DNA of 64,000 bases from IMG/VR virus record IMGVR_UViG_3300032267_001484; one strand, 5' to 3'. Each line of letters begins with the position of its first letter. The first letter of the stretch is position 1. A program made the position numbers and the translations under genes. The DNA is from a virus. Shown here piece after piece: positions 19,492 to 29,300 of this stretch. The notes under the pieces were generated by a model, which saw only the letters and a program-made list of their open reading frames with translations, was not told the origin of the DNA and ran no database searches.

Positions 19492-19748
19492 GCTACATAT
19501 GTGGGCTTTTTAGGAGCTATATTTGGTCGTGATAATTCCTTATTAGATGTATTGTTTCTTAATAGATTTTGTTGTTTTTCTGCTTCTTCTTTTTGTTTTT
19601 CAAAATATTCCTTTAATGTTTCAAACGTAAATCTACGTAACCATATAGGCATATTATATATAGTATCCCAATCATATCCACCATTACCATGGAATACTAT
19701 TTGATGTATTTGAGAAAATAATTGAAGTCTATAACTAGGCGTCAGGCC
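19473..19748 (-). CDS. Frameshift extension of the tail assembly chaperone (gpGT-like C-terminal part)
   Basis: Open frame of 91 codons with no initiator near its start: GLTPSYRLQLFSQIHQIVFHGNGGYDWDTIYNMPIWLRRFTF...KAPKK*, beginning right after the T7 run in AAC TTT TTT TGG; fills the chaperone-to-tape-measure gap. Confidence 0.8.
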   Translation of the reverse strand, partial: GLTPSYRLQLFSQIHQIVFHGNGGYDWDTIYNMPIWLRRFTFETLKEYFEKQKEEAEKQQNLLRNNTSNKELSRPNIAPKKPTYVAKAPKK

Positions 19749-20472
19749 AAAAAAAGTTAATAGATACTGGAATATCTATACCCTCCTTTGTATAGTCATC
19801 TCCTTCAGGGTAATAAATTGTATCTATATCTGGGGTTATTTCGTTATAATATTTACGTAATGCTCTTGAATCTTGAGCTAATAAATAATTGTCAACAAAA
19901 TCACGAATATCTTTTTGTTCACGTTTACCCTCAACTGAAGTAACCATATATTTTAGTCGAGTAGTAAGATCTGATGATGAATTAGGGTTAATTTTTTGTA
20001 ATCCCCTAATTTCAGCTTCTATTTTTTGTTCATCACCGTGAGTTAATAATTTAAAAGTAACAACATTTCCTGATTGAGGCAATGTAAATAAGAATTCATT
20101 TACTCCTCTTTTATATAATGAATAATCAACTTTTTTATCTTCTAATTTAGATAAATCAGCAGTATATTCTTTTCCTCCATTATTAAATTTATAATCCTTA
20201 CCATAACCTAAAACACGAGCAGCAATAATAATTGCATTTTTGTCACCAATTAATAATTCATTATAATCAATAGGTGTAACAATTAACGATTGAAGCAATT
20301 TATCAATTACTGTACCTTGACGAATGTAGTTAGCATTAGTAAGAATATCTTCTTCCCTTGCTGTCATATACTTCATTTCAATTTCACCTTTAGCTAGTGG
20401 TGATGTTTCGGGATACAATAAACCTTTTGAAGGAAGCGAAACTGTTTCTGTTGGAATTTTTAATTCAGCCAT
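19735..20472 (-). CDS. Tail assembly chaperone / baseplate hub assembly protein (T4 gp26-like)
   Basis: LPSKGLLY, MTAREEDIL, LLIGDKNAI..AARVLGYG, ends NFFWPDA; between tube and tape measure. Confidence 0.78.
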   Translation of the reverse strand: MAELKIPTETVSLPSKGLLYPETSPLAKGEIEMKYMTAREEDILTNANYIRQGTVIDKLLQSLIVTPIDYNELLIGDKNAIIIAARVLGYGKDYKFNNGGKEYTADLSKLEDKKVDYSLYKRGVNEFLFTLPQSGNVVTFKLLTHGDEQKIEAEIRGLQKINPNSSSDLTTRLKYMVTSVEGKREQKDIRDFVDNYLLAQDSRALRKYYNEITPDIDTIYYPEGDDYTKEGIDIPVSINFFWPDA

Positions 20473-20507
20473 ATAACGTTTTATTTATTTTATATATATA
20501 AATATAC

Positions 20508-20543
20508 AAAAAGAAAAGACGTTTGCCGAAGCAAACGCCTTTT
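20508..20543 (-). terminator. Rho-independent terminator after the tail tube gene
   Basis: Minus strand AAAAGGCGTTTGC-TTCG-GCAAACGTCTTTT-CTTTTT: C(UUCG)G tetraloop and U-tract. Confidence 0.85.
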
Positions 20544-20565
20544 TTAAGAGGAATATAGGGAATGG

Positions 20566-21051
20566 TTAGAAATTCAATACACAGTAATCCATAGCGATTG
20601 TTACAGCTAAACTAACTGCAGCATCTGCACTCCAATCATAATCTCCAAAAGTAGCTGTTTTTACATAAGCTCCTTTTACAATCCACTCACCTACGATATC
20701 ACCTACAGGGCCTAAGATATTCAATGCTAAATCTTTCTTATAGAAATCAGAATAACCATCACGACCAGTTACTGATTCGTGTGCTAAACGAGCCCATTCC
20801 ATTACGGCTTGTCCACCGGATGGGGTTACAGGATCGTATAATTCTAAAGTCATATCATTCCACTTAACTTTACCTTTTACTTTACGGTAAACGTTAATGT
20901 GGTCTAATATAATTTCACCAGCGTCAAATCCAGGAGCAGATGCTTTTTTAATCAAGTATGCAGGAATACCATCAATATACATGATAAAGCGATTCTGAAC
21001 TTTAGGTTCAAATGCTGTGAACATTATTTCGTTTGCGTCTAATACTGCCAT
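20566..21051 (-). CDS. gp19: Tail tube protein (T4 gp19-like)
   Basis: FEPKVQNRF, KGKVKW..MTL.LYD, VMEW, YKKD..L..LGP.G..V.EW...GA; directly follows the sheath. Confidence 0.9.
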   Translation of the reverse strand: MAVLDANEIMFTAFEPKVQNRFIMYIDGIPAYLIKKASAPGFDAGEIILDHINVYRKVKGKVKWNDMTLELYDPVTPSGGQAVMEWARLAHESVTGRDGYSDFYKKDLALNILGPVGDIVGEWIVKGAYVKTATFGDYDWSADAAVSLAVTIAMDYCVLNF

Positions 21052-21099
21052 TTTATTTTAATTTTATTGCTATTAATAAATATTAGCAACTACATTCCC

Positions 21100-22794
21100 C
21101 TATCCAGGGAATGTAGCGCCGGTTGGTTGAACGTTGAAATTCAATATAATAAATTCAGCAGTTTTAGTTGGTTGGATATAAATCTGACCTACTAACTGAT
21201 TTCTATCAATTACATCAGGTGTATTATTTGATTCATCCATTACTACCTTGTAAGCATATAAACCTTGACGTTGTACTACTGATTCAAGATATGGATTAAC
21301 TTGAGACAAGAAGCGATTGCGAGTTACATTTGTATTTTGTTCAAATACTAAATTATTTCCTACTTGGCCAATATAATCTTTCAATGCAATCAACAAACGA
21401 CGAACATTTACACGATCAAGAGCTGTTGCTTTGCGTTGTAATGTTTTCTGGCCAAATACTACAACACCTTCACCAGGGAATGTAGCTAATGGGTTAACAT
21501 TTGCAGTGTATAATGTATCACGATCGGATTGAGATAATCTACGTTCAGCACGTAATACTGAAGGAACACCACCGCGGTTTAAACCTGCAGGAGCAAACCA
21601 TTCAGCACCAACTTGGTCATTAAATGCAAACACACCAGCCATTACTGTTGATGGAGGACACCATACTGCTTTACCTAAGTTGGTTGAGTATAATTGAACC
21701 CAAGGATAATAACAAGCAGCATAATTGCTTGATTGACCAGCAGCGGCATTAGCAGCAGCTGTTATTGAAGAACCATATACACCAGCACCTAAAATTGCTA
21801 TTGCATCACCACGATTTTCAACTGTTGAAATCATTGTTGAAGCAGCACTACAATCTAAACCAACACCCGGAGCAATCAATACATTAAATTTATAATCATC
21901 ACTATTATTTAAAATATTAAATGCAGTAGTATAATCAGTTACTGCAAATCCTTGAATATTGGTTGCAGTAATAGCTTCATTCATTAATTGAATAGTAGCT
22001 GTGGCTGCAGCTCCACCACCAAATGAACCACTTCCTAAAGTAGGTAAAGAAGCAGCGTATGATGAAGATTTAAACAATCCATTATTATCAATAGAATCTA
22101 CTTGTGGGGTATTTATTGATTTAACACGTATGTATTGTGAAGCATTAGCATAAGATCCAGTATATGTTACAATATTGTTTGTAGCATCATATACTGGTTT
22201 AAGATCACCGATTACGCGTGAAATAAAGTTAGGTAACATTGGGTCTAGAGACAAATTAGCCCAACTTTCTAAATAGTTCTTTTGTGCATTATTATCATTA
22301 CCTGCACGAACAGTTATATTAAATACACCGCTACTTGTGTTTACATTAGTAACTTCCCAACGAACGTTAGTTGCACTACCACTAGATAAAGCACCACTAA
22401 TTTCAGGACTTACACTATTCATTTGGTCACCCCAAGCTATAGTTTCAAGTACAAATGAAGTTCCAGAAAAAGCAGCTACACTAGAACTAGCATAAGTGCT
22501 AAGATTAGATGTTCCACTAATGATACGAGTTACTAGTAATGTTTGTCCACCGTTTTGAAAGAAATCTTTAGCAGCTAAAGATGTAAGATATTCATAATAA
22601 TAACTACTACTTTTGAATGTTTCTCCGAACTTTGATACATATTCACTATATGAAGTAACATAAGTAGGAACATATGGTTGACCCATTACGGTAGGACCAA
22701 CAATAGCGGTTGCAGTACCTTGTATGCCTCTCTGAACCAGTGATTGGTCAGATTCATTTTGGAATACACCAGGAGATAAAATTTTTTCGCCCAT
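21100..22794 (-). CDS. gp18: Tail sheath protein (T4 gp18-like)
   Basis: SPGV...E.D, YYPW, PPS, WFAPAGLNRG, VNP, GQKTLQ, LDRVNVRRLL, VFEQN, IQPTKTAEFI. Confidence 0.95.
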   Translation of the reverse strand: MGEKILSPGVFQNESDQSLVQRGIQGTATAIVGPTVMGQPYVPTYVTSYSEYVSKFGETFKSSSYYYEYLTSLAAKDFFQNGGQTLLVTRIISGTSNLSTYASSSVAAFSGTSFVLETIAWGDQMNSVSPEISGALSSGSATNVRWEVTNVNTSSGVFNITVRAGNDNNAQKNYLESWANLSLDPMLPNFISRVIGDLKPVYDATNNIVTYTGSYANASQYIRVKSINTPQVDSIDNNGLFKSSSYAASLPTLGSGSFGGGAAATATIQLMNEAITATNIQGFAVTDYTTAFNILNNSDDYKFNVLIAPGVGLDCSAASTMISTVENRGDAIAILGAGVYGSSITAAANAAAGQSSNYAACYYPWVQLYSTNLGKAVWCPPSTVMAGVFAFNDQVGAEWFAPAGLNRGGVPSVLRAERRLSQSDRDTLYTANVNPLATFPGEGVVVFGQKTLQRKATALDRVNVRRLLIALKDYIGQVGNNLVFEQNTNVTRNRFLSQVNPYLESVVQRQGLYAYKVVMDESNNTPDVIDRNQLVGQIYIQPTKTAEFIILNFNVQPTGATFPG

Positions 22795-22869
22795 TTTTAT
22801 ATTGTTTTTGAAATTTAATTAGGATTAACCTAGCAATAAATATCCAAAAACCACTATAAAACGCAGGAC

Positions 22870-23139
22870 CTATTGTTGGATAGGTGTAATTTCTCCCGTT
22901 TCTGGGTTGATAGAGCCAACTCCGTATTTGTCTTGTAATGATTTCATTAAATCATTTTCTTTTTGCTCAATAGATTCAAGGTCTTTTAGTAGTCCTTTTT
23001 TATCATTTTCAAGCTTTTCAGTTTGACCTAATAAGGCAAGACGTTGAGCCTCAGCTACACCTATTTCAAATAGTGTTTGATTGTACTTAGATTGAAGATC
23101 CCTAATTGATTGTAATTCTTCTTGTGTTAATTGTGCCAT
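22870..23139 (-). CDS. Small coiled-coil protein, paralog of 23364-23621
   Basis: LTQEELQSI...LQDKYGVGSINPETGEITP. Confidence 0.72.
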   Translation of the reverse strand: MAQLTQEELQSIRDLQSKYNQTLFEIGVAEAQRLALLGQTEKLENDKKGLLKDLESIEQKENDLMKSLQDKYGVGSINPETGEITPIQQ

Positions 23140-23146
23140 AACGTTA

Positions 23147-23380
23147 TTATTTTTCCCATTTAGCTAATGGGCAAGCTTTTGGTCCTGGTTTAGGACTGAA
23201 TACTTTTTTATTTAAAGGACATCCACATTCACCACAAATGAATGTATTAATGGCTTTGACATATTCTTTTTTAGAACATGAATCACAAACACCAGCTCGA
23301 TATTGAGCCAGTGCTTGTTCTTCAGGTGTTGGATTAGCAGCTGCTACCCATGATTTAAATATTTCAGAGATCTTGTTCAT
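23147..23380 (-). CDS. Small Cys-rich (metal-binding) protein
   Basis: R...CDSC...CGECGC.L..K...CPLAKW. Confidence 0.7.
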   Translation of the reverse strand: MNKISEIFKSWVAAANPTPEEQALAQYRAGVCDSCSKKEYVKAINTFICGECGCPLNKKVFSPKPGPKACPLAKWEK

Positions 23381-23621
23381 TAGGTTGTGATTCTAATGGC
23401 TTAATTTCTCCTGTATTTAAGTCAAGACTACCATCTCCATATTTAATAGAGAGTTTACTATAAAATTCTTGCTCTTGAGTTGCAATAGTGCGATAAGTAG
23501 CAAGTATGTTTTCTTTTTGAATACGATTTTCTCCTAAAGCAAAAGTAATTTGACTCTTTTGCGTTTTAAAACCATTAATTTGTTTTAATTCTTCTTCGGT
23601 GAGGAATTTAGATTCAGCCAT
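23364..23621 (-). CDS. Small coiled-coil protein, paralog of 22870-23139
   Basis: LTEEELKQI...LSIKYGDGSLDLNTGEIKP. Confidence 0.72.
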   Translation of the reverse strand: MAESKFLTEEELKQINGFKTQKSQITFALGENRIQKENILATYRTIATQEQEFYSKLSIKYGDGSLDLNTGEIKPLESQPNEQDL

Positions 23622-23917
23622 TATTTGTTCTTTTTAATAATTTGTTTCGAAACATGTTGTTTTGTTGCTGATTGTTTAGGAACAGCAGCTTGCTTTGCAG
23701 CTTGTTTCTTAGCCTTAGCTTTTTTTACTTCTTCAGCAATTTCCTGAACTGCTTCTACAATTTCAGCTACTTTTTCTTCTTTTGTAGTTGCTTGTTTAAT
23801 TTCGTTAAACGCTTCATGTACTTCCTTTGCTACAGGAACTACTACTTCGGCTACGTTTTCTACTTTTTCTTTAGTTTTAGGACTAAATAGATTTTTTAAA
23901 AGACTGATGAATGACAT
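23621..23917 (-). CDS. Hypothetical protein with amphipathic N-terminus and Lys/Ala-rich tail
   Basis: MSFISLLKNLF...KKAKAKKQAAKQAA; own promoter upstream. Confidence 0.62.
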   Translation of the reverse strand: MSFISLLKNLFSPKTKEKVENVAEVVVPVAKEVHEAFNEIKQATTKEEKVAEIVEAVQEIAEEVKKAKAKKQAAKQAAVPKQSATKQHVSKQIIKKNK

Positions 23918-23943
23918 AAAATTTATTTTTTATTTGATGTATA

Positions 23944-23975
23944 TAAATATATAGTATTTTTAGAAGACAACCAAA
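23944..23975 (-). promoter_or_regulatory. Bacteroidota-type promoter (-33 TTTG, 20-nt spacer, -7 TATATTTA) overlapping an ATATTTAT motif
   Basis: Minus strand TTTGgttgtcttctaaaaatactaTATATTTA; shares TTTGGTTGTC with 6315-6346. Confidence 0.62.
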
Positions 23976-23980
23976 TTTTT

Positions 23981-24172
23981 TTATATACTTTGTTCTTGAC
24001 TATAAAGTGCTACTTTATATTGTCTACCTGAAGGATCATTATTTTGCAATATCAGTGCCTGATTTATTGCTTCTTCTTCTGTTGGGTAGATGTATTCTGG
24101 ATCTTCTGGATCTAGTTTTGCAACCCAAATTTGGTCATTTCCGGGGATGAATTGTTTTAATACAATGTACAT
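23981..24172 (-). CDS. Hypothetical protein
   Basis: 63-aa ORF, ATG, in operon. Confidence 0.6.
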   Translation of the reverse strand: MYIVLKQFIPGNDQIWVAKLDPEDPEYIYPTEEEAINQALILQNNDPSGRQYKVALYSQEQSI

Positions 24173-24199
24173 TTGTTTTTATTTGAAAGATTAAAAAAA

Positions 24200-24577
24200 T
24201 TAAGTATTAGAAGCACTTGCAGTTACTTCATATGTTTTAGCAGGATTTCCAACCCATTGATAAGTAAACCCAGTACCTACTGTAGTAAATCCTGTAGGTC
24301 CTTGAGTAGACAAAGTTGTATTATCAGTAATGTTTTTAACTATTAAAGTCATAGTTACTGTTTTAGTTGGAATTGATTGAACAGCTATTGATACGCTTGC
24401 TGTCAAAGGGCTAGGACTATTAATAACATCAGTATCAGTACTAGTACTACTAAAATTAGTTAATGTTGTTACTCCTGATTTTAATGTAAATGGAACAACA
24501 GGAGGTGTTGTACCTGTTTTAGTATATGTTTGTCTAATAGTAATAGGAGAGGAGAATACCCAAATTTTATATGGCAT
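24200..24577 (-). CDS. Hypothetical Thr-rich beta-sandwich-like protein
   Basis: 125-aa Thr/Ser-rich ORF in the fibre operon. Confidence 0.6.
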   Translation of the reverse strand: MPYKIWVFSSPITIRQTYTKTGTTPPVVPFTLKSGVTTLTNFSSTSTDTDVINSPSPLTASVSIAVQSIPTKTVTMTLIVKNITDNTTLSTQGPTGFTTVGTGFTYQWVGNPAKTYEVTASASNT

Positions 24578-24594
24578 ATAATATTATATTAATT

Positions 24595-25188
24595 TTAAGA
24601 AGGAATAAAATAACCATTTGCTAATATGCAATATAATTTACTTCCACTAGCAGCATTGTATACATAATTATAATTAAATGATGTGTTAACAGTACCTAAT
24701 CCAAATCCATTATAGACAATTTTATCTGAGTTTATTAGATCATATCCCCCATCAACTTTCCAAGGTCTTCCATATATTATAAAAACATTCTCATTATTTT
24801 CGGAACTTCCAGATATATTAATGGAATAAGTTGTGTTAGTTGTTCCTAACTCTATAACTATCATACTTGAAGGATAGTTTTTATATAAAACATTAGCATG
24901 TTGATATAAAGATCCAGTTATTGCTGTGGGTATTTCTGCTGAATGGTTATATTGGTACCAAGCAGACATAGATAAATTTAGTAAAGGTAGTCTGGAGCTT
25001 TCATTAAATATACTTCCAGAAGATAAAATATTTATAGGAGCATACCCGGTATATGATAATCCACCACAACTAAAAATACTGGCTTCACCCCAAGTCCAGC
25101 CTCCCATTGCATAATTAATCATAGAACTTTGAGAAGTCTCAGTTCTAATCATACTCATTGATAAGGGTCCTGATCCTGGTAAGGCCAT
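24595..25188 (-). CDS. Putative tail fibre tip / adhesin-like protein
   Basis: N-terminus MALPGSGPLSMSMIRTE...LSMSAWY.Y resembles the attachment region of small fibre-tip proteins; downstream of the S74 fibre. Confidence 0.5.
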   Translation of the reverse strand: MALPGSGPLSMSMIRTETSQSSMINYAMGGWTWGEASIFSCGGLSYTGYAPINILSSGSIFNESSRLPLLNLSMSAWYQYNHSAEIPTAITGSLYQHANVLYKNYPSSMIVIELGTTNTTYSINISGSSENNENVFIIYGRPWKVDGGYDLINSDKIVYNGFGLGTVNTSFNYNYVYNAASGSKLYCILANGYFIPS

Positions 25189-25893
25189 TTATTTTTTTAT
25201 GTTTATAAGATGTTTCATAAAATTACCAGAGTATTCATGCCATCCTAAATGATTAGCATTTACTTCTGGGTGGACTAGTAATTGGCCTCCTAATTTTTTC
25301 CATAATAAACAGAATTGCCAGCTACCACTTTCATAAAAGCCGTCATTATTTATTCCGACTCTAAATAAATCATAAAAATCACCATCACCATATCCATCAA
25401 CATAATTTTTATATTTTAGTTCAGGGTGATTGTCTATTATTTTTTGTATGACTTCTCTCTTTATAAGTAAAAATCCAGGAGGGACATATTCTGCGTCTAA
25501 ATATTTATCTTCCGTAATTTTAATACTTCCCCCTGAGGTAAAATTAACATATTCTTGAGTAGGATCTTGTTTTATTCTATCCCAACAAATATACTTTTTA
25601 GGATATGCTCCACTTATCACCTCTTTTTCTGATTCAATTAGTTTAAGTATATCATGTGGTTCAAAAGATAAATCTGCATCTAAAAACAAAAGATGAGTAT
25701 TATTTGGGTCTTGCATAAAAAAAGACACAGCTGAATTTCTAGCCCTACCTACAGATGGATCAGAAAATATAGGATAGAATGATAAATCTAAATTACAGTC
25801 TTTTGCAAAACTAACTAGTTTTATCATAGACACCATGTATTCTGAATAACATGTGTGGTTATAACATATTAAAGGAATAAATATTTTTTTCAT
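25189..25893 (-). CDS. GT-A fold (GT2-like) glycosyltransferase
   Basis: IFIPLICYN, VGRARN, THLLFLDAD (DxD), GAYPKK, GFLLIKREV, FC..W...GG...V.P.V...H.G. Confidence 0.78.
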   Translation of the reverse strand: MKKIFIPLICYNHTCYSEYMVSMIKLVSFAKDCNLDLSFYPIFSDPSVGRARNSAVSFFMQDPNNTHLLFLDADLSFEPHDILKLIESEKEVISGAYPKKYICWDRIKQDPTQEYVNFTSGGSIKITEDKYLDAEYVPPGFLLIKREVIQKIIDNHPELKYKNYVDGYGDGDFYDLFRVGINNDGFYESGSWQFCLLWKKLGGQLLVHPEVNANHLGWHEYSGNFMKHLINIKK

Positions 25894-25912
25894 AACTAAT
25901 TAGTATAAATTA

Positions 25913-26296
25913 TTATTCAGTAACAGGAGAATCTGGTGTTGGTGTTGGTATATTAAGCCATGGAGCTTGTTGTATTAGTATTGGTGGATTGATTTGGTTT
26001 TCAATCTGCTGTTCTAATGAAGCATATATTCTATCAACAAAGCCAGGATTTTGCTCTTCCATAGAAGTAGTTACCCAATTATATACTATATCATAGGTAA
26101 GGTCTTGGAAGGGAATAAATGGGGTTGATCCATCATAAGGTGCTACGTTTTGAGTACCGATATTAGATGCTGTATAAGACCCAGTGCTAGCATATAACTG
26201 CCAGTGTACTAAGAATACAACATCTGTTTCTCCAGATGCAGTAGGATAAGATTCTAAAGGGTTAAAGCTCCATGTATAAGTAATATCTAATGCCAT
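25913..26296 (-). CDS. Tail fibre-associated protein (possible assembly chaperone)
   Basis: TYTW...DVVFLVHW...FIPFQDLT...V.NWV...QI.....P......PW; immediately after the S74 fibre. Confidence 0.55.
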   Translation of the reverse strand: MALDITYTWSFNPLESYPTASGETDVVFLVHWQLYASTGSYTASNIGTQNVAPYDGSTPFIPFQDLTYDIVYNWVTTSMEEQNPGFVDRIYASLEQQIENQINPPILIQQAPWLNIPTPTPDSPVTE

Positions 26297-26300
26297 TTCA

Positions 26301-29300
26301 CTATGTTTTATTTTGTAATAAATATTTTAATTCGTCTATCTGTTTTTGTTGTTCTTTTATAGCCTCAATTAATAGTGGTACTATTTTTTCATATTGTACT
26401 GTCAAATAATTTTCACCACTTATTGATTTATTATTTCCATCATTATCAAATGGAGCTAATTTAACAGCTTCAGGTAATACTGCTTGAACGTCTTGAGCAA
26501 ATACACCTACTAACAACTCTTCTGTATCGTAGTTAGCTACTTCTTTTGCTTTTTCATTCCAATTATAAGTAAATCCAGTTAGTTTATTTATTTTTTCTAA
26601 TGGCTTATCTAATATTTGTACATTATTTTTTAAACGTTTATCTGAAGCGTATGCTATGATGTCGGCTAAGGCTGATATAGTTCCATCAACTGCATTAGGA
26701 ACAACACCAACTCCAAGAGCCCCTGTATTAATTCTAGCATCTCCAATAACATCAAGTGGATAAGATGGGGTTGCATTAGCTATACCAACATTTCCTCCTG
26801 TAAAATAAAATACAGCTGCTGAATCTGAACCAAACACGTATTTTCCTGCATTATCTAAACCCGTATAAAATCTTCTAGTTCCAGCCCATGAATATCCTAT
26901 ATAACTCCAGCTACTATCTGTTGCATCTAGAGTTAACATTTGATCAGCGGTTCCACTAAATACACAAGATCCTCCTGATACATGTAATTTTACTGTTGGT
27001 GTTGTAGTACCTATACCAACATTGCCTCCACTAACAGTTATAGTCTCACTATTATTAGAATATAAGTGTAATTTACTTCCAACTCCACTTTGATAGCCTA
27101 TGTACATATCTTTATCACTGCCATTTAAAGAGTTTCTAATGACTCTTAAGTTAGCATATTGATCTGCTGTGGCTAAGTCAAGACCTTCTTGTGTTGCTGT
27201 TCCACCAATTACTAATTTAGCAGTTGTAGGAGATGTATTAGCTATACCTACATTACCATTATTATCTATTCTAACTTTTTCTCCTGATGTACTTCCGGCA
27301 GGATAAAAAGCTAAGACTGCAGATGATCCTGATGCTCCAGTGATTGTAGGTACTCCGGCTCCATATGTGTTTCCCCAAGTGAGATTATATGTATCTCTTA
27401 AAATTATACTTCCAACAACATCTAGTGTATCTCTTGGAGTTGATGTACCTATACCTACATTTCCTCGAGTATAATATACGTCACTACTATTTCTAACAAA
27501 ACTATTAACTTGATTATTTGTATTAGTTTGTGTTATATTTTTATCAGCAAATGTACTACTTTCAAATCCAACACTCCAAGATCCTGTCCAAGAAGGATTT
27601 AATCCAGAATAGCCTAAACTAACGTCATTTATATGAACTTGAGGATATGACCAAGTATCAGCTAATTCTCCTATAAAAACTACTATTTTAGATCCATCAT
27701 AACCAAATCTAACAGTGTAATTTGTATCTATTTGAGAATTTGATTCTATATAAGCAAAAGTATTATACCATGCACCAGATGAGGGATCTACAGGATAGTA
27801 GTTATATCCTCCAAAATTAACTGTAAATGAACTATTAGTTATATATTCATAAACAGTAATTTTAACACTATGCATTGTGTTAGTCCATCCTACAGGATAC
27901 GTAATTTTAATTGCACCTGTAACTGTAGCAGTTGTAGTATTATAATACCCTCCAAGAGGTTTTAATATTCTATAAAAATTTTGGTCTGTTATAGAATTAT
28001 CATTAGTGATAACATTACTTCCTAATAAGGATAATGATGATGTATAGTATAATTTACCCGTTGATGGGTCTACTGTCATTACATTGTTTTGGGTAGTATT
28101 ACTTAACCCAGTTAAATAAACATCATTATTTCCTCTAATTGCTCCATTTACATCTAAGGTATATGATGGAGATGTAGAATTTACTCCTAGTCTACCATTA
28201 TCATTATCCCATGTAAATTGATTACTTCCTGTTACATTTGATGTACTAGTCCAATAAGCTACTCTACTATTAGCACCAGTACCAGTTACAGTACCTGCTG
28301 AACCACCAGTAGCAGTTAGTGTTCCTCCTGATAATGATAGTCCAGATCCTACATTTATAGATGATAATTGGCCTGTTGAAGATGCTCCTACTATTCTATC
28401 TCCAGAACCTGCTAGTTTAGACAAAGTTATATTTCCATCTGTGGCTATAGCAAAACTAGAAGTCATTGATAAATCACTTCCTGCTGCAGTATTAACAGAT
28501 GCTCTTGTGTGTAAGAATGTTAATGTTCCTCCTCCTATATTTAATATACTTCTATCAGCAGAAAAATTATCAAATGTTGAAACATATCCTGCAGCTCCTG
28601 TTTTGCCTACAGCTCCATAGCCTAAAGTCATAGCACCAGTCGAATATTCTGATCCTAAAACATTAACATAGTCATTATTAGCTCCATCATAAGTTCTATA
28701 TAAGAAAGGTCCACCGTTAGTAGACGCGCCAGATCCTGCTTCTATAGCACCTACAACTGTTAATCTTTGATATGGTGTAGTTGAATTTATACCAACATTT
28801 CCACTAGCTGTAATGAATAATCTAGTAGAAGAATTAGTTAGTAAGTATATATTACCATTAGTTGATTCATTAGTTATATAAAAATCTGTAGATCCAACAG
28901 AAGGAAACCCTAAGTATGCCAATCTTCCAGCAGAGGCTGTTGGATACCATTGCATATAAGCATGGTTATTACCATATATGTTGAGGACTCCTGCATTGTG
29001 CTGTAAAGTTGTAGCCCCACCATTTACATTTAATCTTGCACTTGGTGATGTGGTACCTATACCAACATTACCACTAGTATCAATAAATAAAGATGAACTT
29101 TGAACATAATATGGTTTATTATTTGTTGTTGCATCATATCCTATTTGGTATCCACTAGTAGAACCACCATTATAAGCCATACCAGCAAACCATCTAATAT
29201 TAGAATCTGCAGTAGTCATATTAATACCCCTAGCTCTAACATCAGTATTTGATTTTAGTTCTATAAGAACAGCAGTAGCAGATGAAATTCCTGCTTTATT

